Under the pieces are notes generated by a model, which worked only from the letters and a program-made list of their open reading frames with translations, did no database searches and had not been told where the DNA came from. Source: Macrostomum hystrix (Eukaryota > Animalia > Platyhelminthes). From it: a stretch of 64,000 nt of DNA. How positions within the stretch are numbered: position 1 is the stretch's first letter; every line of letters starts with the position of its first letter. Position numbers and translations under genes: made by a program. Below, one piece after another: positions 13,537-23,699 of the stretch. Location: the NCBI GenBank assembly GCA_950097015.1, contig CATNEN010000025.1:4402001-4466000 (forward strand). Direction: 5' to 3'.

Positions 13537-14035
13537 GTAAATTTAAACGCAAATTCAACTATAGTTTTTTTATTATTATTAGACAGTGCCCTTTAGTCCT
13601 TCTTCAATCTTGATTTCTCTGGATTTTTCTATAACGAAGGATTTAACAGGTTATTCCGCTTCTGGGCTAATCCTTTTAAGCATATTTTGCTCGGCTATTT
13701 GCATGATACGATCTATTTTCCTTTCCGTGCAGTTGAAATTCGTCCCAATTCTTCCCTGGATAAGCCTTCTGTCTTTCTTGGCCGGATCCGAATTCTCATT
13801 TCCCTTTACATTGCTATCAGCCGCCTTGGCTTCCAGCTTTGTATTGCTTCTGCCTCCGCTTCTTCTCGCTTGTCCGTCTCTCTGGCTCCTCCTACGTTCT
13901 TTCCGTTTCTTCTAGCTGTCCCCGCACTTTACTAGAATTATTTAATCCATAGTAAGAATTTTACACAAACCTGATTCTTTTTTTTCAAAATATAAATGTG
14001 GGAAGCCAAGTACAAGTAATGCCTAAATTTGGGCG

Positions 14036-14306
14036 TCGGTGGCATGAGCAGTCTAACGCGTTTGCCTCTCGCACCAAGATCTCTAAGCTCGATTCTGCGG
14101 CAAGGCCACATCCATTTGGGGCTGCAGCTGCGGAGAGAAGGCTTGGGGGGCTTGTCGTGCGATTGACGCCCTTTAGGGCCAACCTCCAAGGCACAGATAA
14201 ATTTACACAGTGAAATGGGCAGAATTGTCTCGCTGGCTGCGGGTCTACTGTCACCAAATGATGTGCCATTGCCCGGTGCCCTCCTGCAATCATTATTATT
14301 AATATT
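14036..14306 (+). mobile_element. SINE-A (tRNA-derived, (ATT)n tail), internally deleted copy in Shal intron 2
   Basis: aacgcgtttgcctctcgcaccaag...gagctcgattc head; ggagagaaggcttgggggg body; gtcaccaaatgatgtgccattgc 3' end; (att)n tail. Shared with at least 6 other loci in the window. Confidence 0.85.
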
Positions 14307-14352
14307 AAGGCTTAGATTTAACCGCAATGCTAAATGTTGAATTCGCTTGCAG

Positions 14353-14598
14353 AAAGCCCGTCTTGCCCGCATCCGTATGGCTAAGAACGCCTCCGGTGCC
14401 GCTTTTATTAGCAGCAAAAAGCGGGCCGAGGAGCGACGCCGGTTACAAGAGATGGAAATCGGCGGCGTCGCTGGAGACCCCGGCAGCGCCTGTGGTGGCG
14501 TCGGTGGCGGTGAAGATTCCGGCTCGTCTATTGATAGAAAAGAAGATGTCTTCGAGTTGCAGCATCATCACTTGCTTACTTGCCTCGAGAAGACTACG
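14353..14598 (+). CDS. Shal: Shal/Kv4 exon 3 (proximal C-terminus)
   Basis: cttgcag|KARLARIRMAK...FELQHHHLLTCLEKTT|GTGAGT; conserved Kv4 C-terminal motifs, phase 0 at both ends. Confidence 0.93.
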
Positions 14599-14696
14599 GT
14601 GAGTTTGAGACACCAAGGACCTTTTTGATAGCTAAAAGTAAATCAGTATCAAACATGCTGCGTTTGACCGAATCGAAATTTCAATTGACTTTTTAG

Positions 14697-14888
14697 GAGC
14701 GAGAATTCGTCGAACTAGATCAGCTGACACATCTACCAGTGTGCAGCAGGCAGCAGCAGCCGCCTGTATCGCCAGTCGCAGGCAGCAATACTTCCGTAGT
14801 AGGCATCGAGGCCGAATCCAGTCCCGGTCCAACTAGCTGTTGCAAAAGTCGGCGCAGACGCGGCTCTCGAGAAGCCCGAACCTATTTG
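14697..14888 (+). CDS. Shal: Shal/Kv4 exon 4
   Basis: tttttag|EREFVELD (matches Kv4 D/E-REFVE). Open frame to TTG|GTAAGA. Confidence 0.8.
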
Positions 14889-15184
14889 GTAAGATATCGG
14901 TTGGCTCTTTGTATCAGTTTAGCAGTGATTATAGGAATTCGTTTTGTGCAATACTTCTATTAGATATGTTGGTAGCCAGGTCACATGTTAGTTTTCTAAT
15001 CCGGTCTTAAGCATTTTTGATAATTAAAAAATGCACCTTGCTATAGAACTTTACGCATGACTATACATTACTTCTTTTCTCGAGTAATTTTGCCCGAACT
15101 AAAACTAAAGGGTACGTTTTTCGGGTAAAACCGTCAAAACCAAAACCTCAAACCTATCAAATCAGATTTATAATAAACTGCAGC

Positions 15185-16068
15185 CCTCTCAGATCTCAAC
15201 TAGAGAAACTTGTCCTCACAGATTCTATGGGAGAAACTAGTCTAGCACTCCCAGATTCTATGGGAGAAACTCTAGTCTAGCCCTCCCAGATTCTATGGGA
15301 GAAACTCTGATCTCGCCCTCCCAGATTCTATGGGAGAAACTCTAGTCTAGCCCTCCCAGATTCTATGGGAGAAACTCTGGTCTCGCCCTCCCAGATTCTA
15401 TGGGAGAAACTCTAGTCTAGCCCTCCCAGATTCTATGGGAGAAACTCTAGTCTAGCCCTCCCAGATTCTATGGGAGAAACTCTAGTCTAGCCCTCCCAGA
15501 TTCTATGGGAGAAACTCTAGTCTAGCCCTCCCAGATTCTATGGGAGAAACTCTAGTCTAGCCCTCCCAGATTCTATGGGAGAAACTCTAGTCTAGCCCTC
15601 CCAGATTCTATGGGAGAAACTCTGGTCTAGCCCTCCCAGATTCTATGGGAGAAACTCTAGTCTAGCCCTCCCAGATTCTATGGGAGAAACTCTAGTCTAG
15701 CCCTCCCAGATTCTATGGGAGAAACTCTGGTCTCGCCCTCCCAGATTCTATGGGAGAAACTCTGGTCTCGCCCTCCCAGATTCTATGGGAGAAACTCTAG
15801 TCTAGCCCTCCCAGATTCTATGGGAGAAACTCTGGTCTCGCCCTCCCAGATTCTATGGGAGAAACTCTGGTCTAGCCCTCCCAGATTCTATGGGAGAAAC
15901 TCTGGTCTCGCCCTCCCAGATTGTATGGGAGAAACTCTAGTCTACCCCTCCCAGATTCTATGGGAGAAACTCTAGTCTAGCCCTCCCAGATTCTATGGGA
16001 GAAACTCTAGTCTAGCCATCCCAGATTCTATGGGAGAAACTCTAGTCTAGCCCTCCCAGATTCTATGG
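15185..16068. repeat. 35-bp tandem array, ~24 copies, in Shal intron 4
   Basis: Unit ccctcccagattctatgggagaaactctagtctag; tgggagaaac recurs at 15541 and 15576. Confidence 0.95.
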
Positions 16069-17127
16069 AAGACACACTCAGCGTCTGCCACTTAAATTTA
16101 AATTCGGCACGCTAATCTAGTCTTCGTAGCGCAGTTCTGTGTTGTTTAAATAGCCAATAAACCTTTTTGTGCCATGTATTGCATGTGAAAAGATCGCACT
16201 AAAATTGTTTCTAACTACGCATTCTCTTTTTTAGATAATTCACATTACGCCTTTAATCTATCCTGTTCGATAATTAATGCCGTAAATTAACTTTAGCATA
16301 CTTAGCGGCACACGCGAATGCACTCTAAAGCATTAAATCTGTAATCAGTCTAGCTTGACAGGTAAAGTACAGTACTTAGACTAGTGCTTTAAACAATTTA
16401 GCCGCCTAGCACTTTTAGAAATTAAAGACTAATTCAAGCATTTAAAGTTAAGTATGTTTACTTCTAACTCGTAGTATGCATGCGCCTTGCTGACAAAAAT
16501 TATCCATCTTAAAAATGCGCCGCTATCTTCGTTTTAAATGCAGCTTCGTCGACTAAGAGTAAGAACGTGCAAAATAAGCATTTCAATTTTTGGTGCAAAT
16601 ATTGCAGCACAAATATATGTCTTTATTAGTGTCTCAAATTTTTCTTTTGTGTAAATTTGCATAATCCTTTATTTATAAAATAGCCTGATCCCATTTTTTA
16701 TTTTTGGGTTAAATTTTTCTTAGCAATTACGTTCTTTAAGTTAATCTTTCAATTTTGTCTGGGTGAAAATGCAAGTATTGTCTGTGAATAATGTGTTCTT
16801 GTGTATAATTAACATTTCAGCTTTTGTTTGCATCCATTCATTCTTTGTCAGTTGAAGTTTTTGCTTCTAAAAGAGAAAAGTTCTAGATAAAAATGAATCA
16901 TACATTGAGCATATTAAGCATACTAAGGCTAGTTGTACACAGTTGTACACAGTTGTCCGCGGACTGTGTAGGCCGCCACGCTCAGCCAAATTTCTTTCCT
17001 TGGGCTCTCAGTCACAAGCATCTGTCGATGTGTTTCTTAACAATAATAATTTAACTAACTTGACGCCTTGATAGTCTAGATCCGTGCCTTACAATCCCAT
17101 TTTTTTGTTCATTTGTTAATTCTACAG

Positions 17128-17188
17128 CCAGACAGAAGCTGCGACAATGAGGGCGACGAGCTGACTAGAAGCAATTCTCGCAATCAAG
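17128..17188 (+). CDS. Shal: Shal/Kv4 putative exon 5
   Basis: ttctacag acceptor; PDRSCDNEGDELTRSNSRNQ; donor G|GTCAGT. Phases are compatible with both neighbours. Confidence 0.55.
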
Positions 17189-17269
17189 GTCAGTTTGTAT
17201 CAGTTTTTCAATGCTATTGTTATGATTGTGGCTTTCCGTGCTAAATTCTAAGACCGTAGTTACAAACAG

Positions 17270-17412
17270 GCTCGCACACTGAGCGCTTCAACGCGCGGAC
17301 AACAGCCGTTGTAACCATATCAGCCAACCAGGACGACGATGACGATGAGGCCGACAATGTTGAACTATACGACGCCGGGGCGTCGAGCTCCAGAGAGGAC
17401 AGTCGATTGTAA
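17270..17412 (+). CDS. Shal: Shal/Kv4 putative terminal exon
   Basis: aaacag|GC completes a phase-1 codon. The frame (GSHTERFNARTTAVVTISANQDDDDDEAD...DSRL) is open to TAA at 17410-17412. GC-rich island in AT-rich flanks. Confidence 0.55.
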
Positions 17413-19045
17413 CTGCCAATTGGCCGGCAACGAGTTTGTTTATGTAAATAGTCAATTTTCTATCTTTGTGATCGTATTTTCATGATTTTTATTATCTGGT
17501 AGCATTGAAACTATTGTTTAAGGCTACTTAAGTACTAAAAATTACTTCTAAAAAACTTCTACCTCACTCAATATCATGCGTCTCATATGTGTCTGTTGCA
17601 TGTTTTTATCTATATCGGTTAATTGTTTCAATCTGCGTTAATAATCGTGCAGTGTAATCTCTGCGAGGTACTATAATTTTTTCTGTAAATCATGCATTAA
17701 TCTTTATTGCCAAATATATTATTTATCAAAATACAGATTTAATGTCTCTACAGTACTACTTGCGGCTCTAAAAGTAGTGCTGATTGAAACTATTTTATTG
17801 CTTGTACAATGCAATGGATTTAAGTAGGCTCTGCTAGTTAAATAGTTCTTGCTTATTGAAAAACCGTAAGTATTAATTTTTTGTGTATATAGCATGCTTT
17901 CTATTTTACTGTCACTCTTATCATAACTATGTCTAGAAGCAAAATTTTCGTGGCTAACCATTCGCAATTTGAATGCCCTTTAAGTTCTGGGTTCTATCTG
18001 AAGTTTATACAAATCGTAATCAACTGATATTACTAACAGTATTTCAGGATACGTTATTTACTGCTATGCAGTTTTTGTGTTTTGTTATTTAACCAACTTG
18101 TACACTATAGGGGCTGCGTGCGACCTGCAAGTACCTGTATTAAATTATAAATTTTCCGATCCGACTTCATTAGCCAAATTCAGAACTCATGTTAACTTTG
18201 AATTTAATCAGATTTTTGTTAGTCTGAATTCACAGCTGATAATCGTACACTCCCTGCTGCTACTGCTGCTACTACTCATTTGGTGTTGTAACTATTCACG
18301 TCTATTGAATTCACTTTCCGTTATATTTGCTAGTTCTTTTTGTTATACTGTTGCTGAAAAGAATATTTTGTTTTATTATGCAGCGTTTTGCAAGTGACTT
18401 TGAATTAGCGCCCTCTTATGTAGGAAAATCGTTATCAATTCCTTTTTCATTCACATTGAGCACCCTATATCACACAATGTAAGACTAGCACATATATTTC
18501 ACATTTCCGCTTTAGGAATTACTTTTTGGGCCATTCATTATTTTTTCTACGTCTATTTCTCTAGTCTGTCTATTAAAGTTGTACACTCCGTTTTTTATTT
18601 ACGAAACATACGTATATTAGCAATCTACTTACTTTTTATACAAATGTTCTTCAAACAGAATAAATCTATTTTCGTTATTGTAAATAATTGCGTTCCTTTA
18701 ACTTTTGTGTTTATTTTTTTCATCACACAAAAGTTTCTTTTAACTATGATCCTTTGTCATACCTATTCAATATGTTAGTCTCTTCTACTATTTACACCTT
18801 GACTGGATGGTATTTTTCTCACCTATTCAAACGGTTATCTATTCATCGTTTTTTATTTCAAATATAAAAACTGTGATCGCTTGGAGTGTGCGTGCAGGTG
18901 CGCAGTCTTACAGTTTTGACTAATTTTTTAGTAAATCATTATTGATAGAAAGCCCTGCAGAGGCTTCGATAAAACCGTGTAATCAGAACAGTTATGAGTC
19001 CAATTTAAAACTTTTATAACACTTGCAGATCGATTAGAATCAGAG

Positions 19046-19547
19046 ATGGCCCAGACTCAAATAAAAAGTTTTTTTAAGGCGGTGGTGAAAGACGCCGCCG
19101 ATAAGGATAAAGAGTTGCAGTCTGAGCCAGCTGAAGAGATAAAGCAGCTGTCGGATGGTACAAAATCGGACGTGAAGCGGCCTCCTAGTGACGAGGATGG
19201 TGTAAGTGCCGACGCTGTTAAGCGTCCGCGCCTATCAATGGAGACGCCGCCTAGACCGCAGTCGCAGCCGCCGCGCCTGTCATCTGCGTCGCCGTTCGCA
19301 TCGTTCGCCGCGTCGCCATCGGCTTGTAAAGAGGAATCAGAGCCAGATTGTTGGCGCACTACCCGCCGATGTTCAGTCACTGGTGGTCGACTTTGGCATC
19401 AGCTGGCTTCAGGCGCTTAAACCTGAGCTGACGAAGGCCTACTTTGTTAAACTGGCCGACTTTGTTCGAGGCGAGAGAGCTAGCAAGACCATCTATCCGC
19501 CGCCTAGCGATGTGTTCTCCTGGACTAGAGCCTGTCGACTACAGGAG
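19046..19547 (+). CDS. UNG: Uracil-DNA glycosylase (family 1), 5' coding region; contains a frame discontinuity (cryptic intron or indel)
   Basis: MAQTQIKSFF is a PIP-box-like start and KRPRL is NLS-like in one frame. FGISWLQALKPEL...IYPPPSDVFSWT lies in another frame. Donor GAG|GTCGGT at 19547/19548. Confidence 0.85.
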
Positions 19548-19607
19548 GTCGGTATCGTCTTTTATGCTTATTATGCTTATCCTCGTGCTTTGTGTGAGAG
19601 GGTTTGG

Positions 19608-19905
19608 GGTTGTGGTTGGATTCTAGTAGTTGAAGCGTCGGACTCACGATCGGGGGTTCGATACCAGACTTCACTGGAACAATTGGTGTCCATTAGCAAG
19701 ACAATTCAGTTCACCCAGCTGTTTAATGGGAACTAGCATTAGCTGGAGTGGGTGGGTGTGGCGTCTCCAGTCCATGGACTGAACAGGCGTACGCAGCCTT
19801 TATATGCGCCGCGCAATAGCTGCGGCTTTGCTGTCGGCTGCACATCTGGGCTGATTAGGGCAGGTGAAGTCAATGATTTCTTATCTGTTAATATTATTAT
19901 CTCGC
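19608..19905 (+). mobile_element. SINE-B (tRNA-like head, central gtgtcc..gcaagaca..cacccagctgt domain) in the UNG intron
   Basis: Head ...agcgtcggactcacga...ggttcgat (B-box-like); 3' part ccagtccatggactgaacag...gcgccgcgcaatagctgcgg is shared with 47279-47400 and 54155-54390. Confidence 0.75.
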
Positions 19906-19957
19906 TATGAATTAATTCAATTCACTATAGTTGTTGATAATTAAATGGCCGTCACAG

Positions 19958-20473
19958 GTGCGAGTTGTCATCCTGGGCCAGGATCCGTATCACGGCCCGA
20001 ATCAGGCGCACGGTCTCTGCTTCTCTGTTAAACGTCCAACTATTCCGCCACCCAGCCTGCTGAACATCTACAAGGAGGTGTCTAATAATTTTCTGGACAA
20101 ATTTCAAGCGCCTGGCCACGGTGATCTGACCGGCTGGGCGGAGCAGGGCGTCCTGCTGCTCAACGCCGTGCTGACGGTTCGCCGCGGCGAGCCAAACTCC
20201 CATCAGGCCCGCGGCTGGGAGACCTTCACCGATGCTGTCATCTCAACGCTAAACGCCCGCTGCTCCAGCCTTGTATTCATCCTTTGGGGCAACTATGCCC
20301 AGAAGAAGGGTGCCAAAATAGACAAGCGCCGGCACAAGGTCATCTGCGGCGCTCACCCGTCGCCTTTGGCCGTTAATCGGGGCGGCTTCTTTGGCAAGAT
20401 GTACTTTAAAGAGGCCAATGAGTATTTAAAGTCGAACGGAAAGCCTACAATTGATTGGTGCCACTTGCCCTGA
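19958..20473 (+). CDS. UNG: Uracil-DNA glycosylase catalytic exon
   Basis: gtcacag|VRVVILGQDPYH, GLCFSV, PPSLLNIYKE, GVLLLN, FILWG and HPSPL: all family-1 UNG motifs. Confidence 0.97.
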   Translation: MRVVILGQDPYHGPNQAHGLCFSVKRPTIPPPSLLNIYKEVSNNFLDKFQAPGHGDLTGWAEQGVLLLNAVLTVRRGEPNSHQARGWETFTDAVISTLNARCSSLVFILWGNYAQKKGAKIDKRRHKVICGAHPSPLAVNRGGFFGKMYFKEANEYLKSNGKPTIDWCHLP

Positions 20474-21678
20474 CTAGTTTTTATTCTTCAGAAAGCAGTT
20501 CTTTATAATAACTGCCGCTATTTTGCGCAAAATCACCATCGAACTTTTAAATTGCCATATCAATGCTTCTAATAATTAATTCATGCTATATACTTTCGCT
20601 TTCAATTATACAATAGCAAGCATTTTCAATAGGCAGTTATAGGCTTGAAGAAAATGTAGCATTTTATTATTTTATTTATTTTCGGTTTATGATCTCTGTT
20701 GTCCTTCTACTCGCGTACCTTTATGGTGCTATAGTGCAAGTTCTCTTACAAATTTATTCGCATTTTCCCCAATTCTGATTACAGTCTTTGTGAGGAGATA
20801 ATTTACGTAACAGTCTTATAAATCACATTTACACCTTCGACAAAAAGTCAGACAAAAATTAGCTCATTAGTTAAATGCCCAATTTAATTGGAGTTTGACA
20901 TTACGCAGTTAAAGTTCCTTACCTTTTTGTTTTCTCCAGCGTATATCTTACGCTCTCATTATTTGTTTTCCCCGTGAGTCGGCTCTGAAATTAATCTAGC
21001 CAATTTCCAGTGAGCTTTTCGAGCACTTTTATTGCTAAGAAAATAGCATCGGCGTTTTCTTGTTTATGAAAGATAAACTGGCTAAAACATTTGTGACGCA
21101 TTTTGTTTTTATCATTTATTGTTGACTTAACACACATTCTACCATTTGTTTTTTAAAGCCATTATAGGTGTACTGTAGGAAACTTTATGAGAAATTATTG
21201 TCGATTTATAAACGGCAGATATTCTCGTTTAGAATAAAGAAATAGCTTTAATTATAGTAAGATGTATAAAGATACAGGAATATACAGTAGAAATTTTATA
21301 GCGTAGACCCTCGTTCGTGCCATAGGTTGGGTTCTTAATTAAACTAGCGTCCTTCTTTTCTACCAACGTTAGCTAGTGTGTGATCTAAGAACTAAGGCCA
21401 TCGGTGGCCTTGCGTCACAGTCACAAGTATCAGGGCATTATATAGAAACTCAGTACTTTGACAGACTGTAAATTGCGCAAGACCTCAAAGTACTTCGTAG
21501 ATAGGATCTCCCACAAGCACTCAGGGATTTTTTGTTTAAATAAAAGCGATGCACAACTACTAGTTTCATTTTTCTCAATAGATACTGACGCTCGACTCCA
21601 GAAATAAACCACACAATTTGATTCTTAACTGCAGCCGGCAAAGTTGTTAAACGATTCTAAGCCACCGGCTGCATTCTC

Positions 21679-23058
21679 ATGCGCACTTGTCGCCTAGGAG
21701 CAAAGACGCGTCACGTTGTACTAGTGCATGGCCTACTTGGTTGGGGCCCCGGCCAGCTAGTTCTGCCTAGCGGCGCCGTCTCCTACTGGGAGACAGCCGT
21801 AGATTCGTGCACTAACACAAGCGGCCTGACGGTGCTCGAAGCTGGAGTTGGGCCAATCAGCTCTGTGCACGATCGAGCCTGCGAGTTGTACGCTCAGATT
21901 CGCGGCCGACCAACAGACTATGGCGCTGAGCACTCAGCCAAGCACGGCCACAAACGCTGGGGCCCAGACTTTTCTGGGCGCGGCCTGCATCCAGACTGGT
22001 GCGCTGAGCAGCCTATTCATTTAGTCGGTCATTCGGCCGGCGGTAATACGTCTAGACAATTACAGCGTTTGCTAGCTGATGATTTCTGGTCTGAGGGCAC
22101 TGCGCCCAGTTGGGTGACATCGATTACCTGTCTGGCCAGTCCACTTAACGGATCACCCGCTGCTTATCTGTTTGGATGCGATCCGTCCACCGGCCATTTC
22201 CGCTGGCTGCGCGTGCTTTCTGTCCTCGGCCGATTATTGCCACGCAAGTGGACTTTGGAGCATTGGGGCCTCTCAGATGCTGATGTTGCCTATCCCTCTA
22301 AAATGCGCTCGAGCGGCCTATTTTCTGGCATTGACAATCTAGCTTATGATGTATCAATGCAAGGCTGCTCTACATCTAATTACTCTGGCCGTCTGGACGA
22401 CTGGCCGGACACTTACTACATGTCCTGCACTGCTAGGTGCACTGTGTCGAAATCGGCCGACTCATCTGTTACACCTAGCCGCAATTGTCGCTCTCTATTG
22501 TTACCCTCTTGTCGCTATCTGTGCTCGCACAAAGTGCGTGTCAATTACCAATCACAGCAGTTGTCCAACAGTGCTAAAATCGAGTATTATTGTCCGGGCA
22601 GTGATCCGGACTGGTGTCACAACGATGGCTTAGTACCTTTAGCCAGTCAGCGCTACCCGTTAGTTGGGCATCGTCAGATTGCCGGCGAGTTAAAGCTTGA
22701 CTCCATTGAACCGCCAGAGTCTGGCCGGTGGTACTACACTGATTCTGCCGAGTTGGCCGGCTTGCCTAGGCTGTCTCCCTGGGATCACGCCGATTTCACT
22801 GCACTTCGCAGTCCCTTACTGAATCTGGCACTTTCTACAGAGAGCAATATTTATCGATTTTTAAGATGTCGCCGTAGAAATAAGACAAATAACAATCCTT
22901 TAACGAACGCTTCAACGGTAGTAAACGAAGACTACAATTTGAACAGCCAGCAAGACGAAGATCCCGATGCAAACTCTGAGGCAGGTGGTAATGTGTCGCG
23001 ATGCACACAGAGGCTCTTTTATGAGCGACTCTACCGACACCTCAGCTGCCTGGCTTGA
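21679..23058 (+). CDS. Intronless alpha/beta-hydrolase lipase of the Geobacillus/Staphylococcus (family I.5/I.6)-like type
   Basis: VLVHGLLGWG oxyanion region; VGPISSVHDRACELY; DYGAEHSAKHGH Zn-site-like insertion; nucleophile GHSAG; HNDGLVP Asp; WDHADF His. Confidence 0.9.
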   Translation: MRTCRLGAKTRHVVLVHGLLGWGPGQLVLPSGAVSYWETAVDSCTNTSGLTVLEAGVGPISSVHDRACELYAQIRGRPTDYGAEHSAKHGHKRWGPDFSGRGLHPDWCAEQPIHLVGHSAGGNTSRQLQRLLADDFWSEGTAPSWVTSITCLASPLNGSPAAYLFGCDPSTGHFRWLRVLSVLGRLLPRKWTLEHWGLSDADVAYPSKMRSSGLFSGIDNLAYDVSMQGCSTSNYSGRLDDWPDTYYMSCTARCTVSKSADSSVTPSRNCRSLLLPSCRYLCSHKVRVNYQSQQLSNSAKIEYYCPGSDPDWCHNDGLVPLASQRYPLVGHRQIAGELKLDSIEPPESGRWYYTDSAELAGLPRLSPWDHADFTALRSPLLNLALSTESNIYRFLRCRRRNKTNNNPLTNASTVVNEDYNLNSQQDEDPDANSEAGGNVSRCTQRLFYERLYRHLSCLA

Positions 23059-23699
23059 AAAAAGATATTTTTTCGACTTGAGATGTTTCGTTTGGATATT
23101 TCATTATGACTTGGCTTCCAAATCCTTTTGTATTAAAAGTTTCCCTACTATTTCCTATTGTTTGCAAACAGTCTATTGACATTGAAAATGAATTTAAATC
23201 AATGCGGCTTAATTTTTGCTAGTTTTATTTTGGCCTCCTTTGGATTATTCGAAAATTATTTACTTGTGTCTTCTCGGCGTGAGCTTCTTTCTTTCATTTA
23301 TTCATTTACGTTCTTTCTAATACTTGCTTTTTGATCTTGCTTTTGACGTTCTTTCTGTGAGCATTTGTGCGCAAAATAAATCTCGAAGAGTCAAGACACG
23401 AGGTATTATTTCTTTATTTATGTATTTATTTATTTTTTTGTTACGAGTTTTTTGTTTAAAACTTTATTTTGATTATAGCCATTTTGTTTCAAGATCAGAA
23501 GTATAACTATTAGCAATGTAAATAGTTGGCGATTGTGCATTAAAGTGCTACATCGTGCATTAATTTTACTTTGCAGTCTAACCCAAACATTTTCTCTTAG
23601 CATATACTCCTTGTTACCCTGAGCTATACATCGCTTATAATATAAATTTAACAATTAAATTAAAAAAATCTTTCCTACCAACTCTTCTTTCAGTCCAAA

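Noticed and set aside
15185-16068. CRISPR-like array (35-bp palindromic repeat)
   Set aside because: Units are head-to-tail with no unique spacers, and there are no cas genes.
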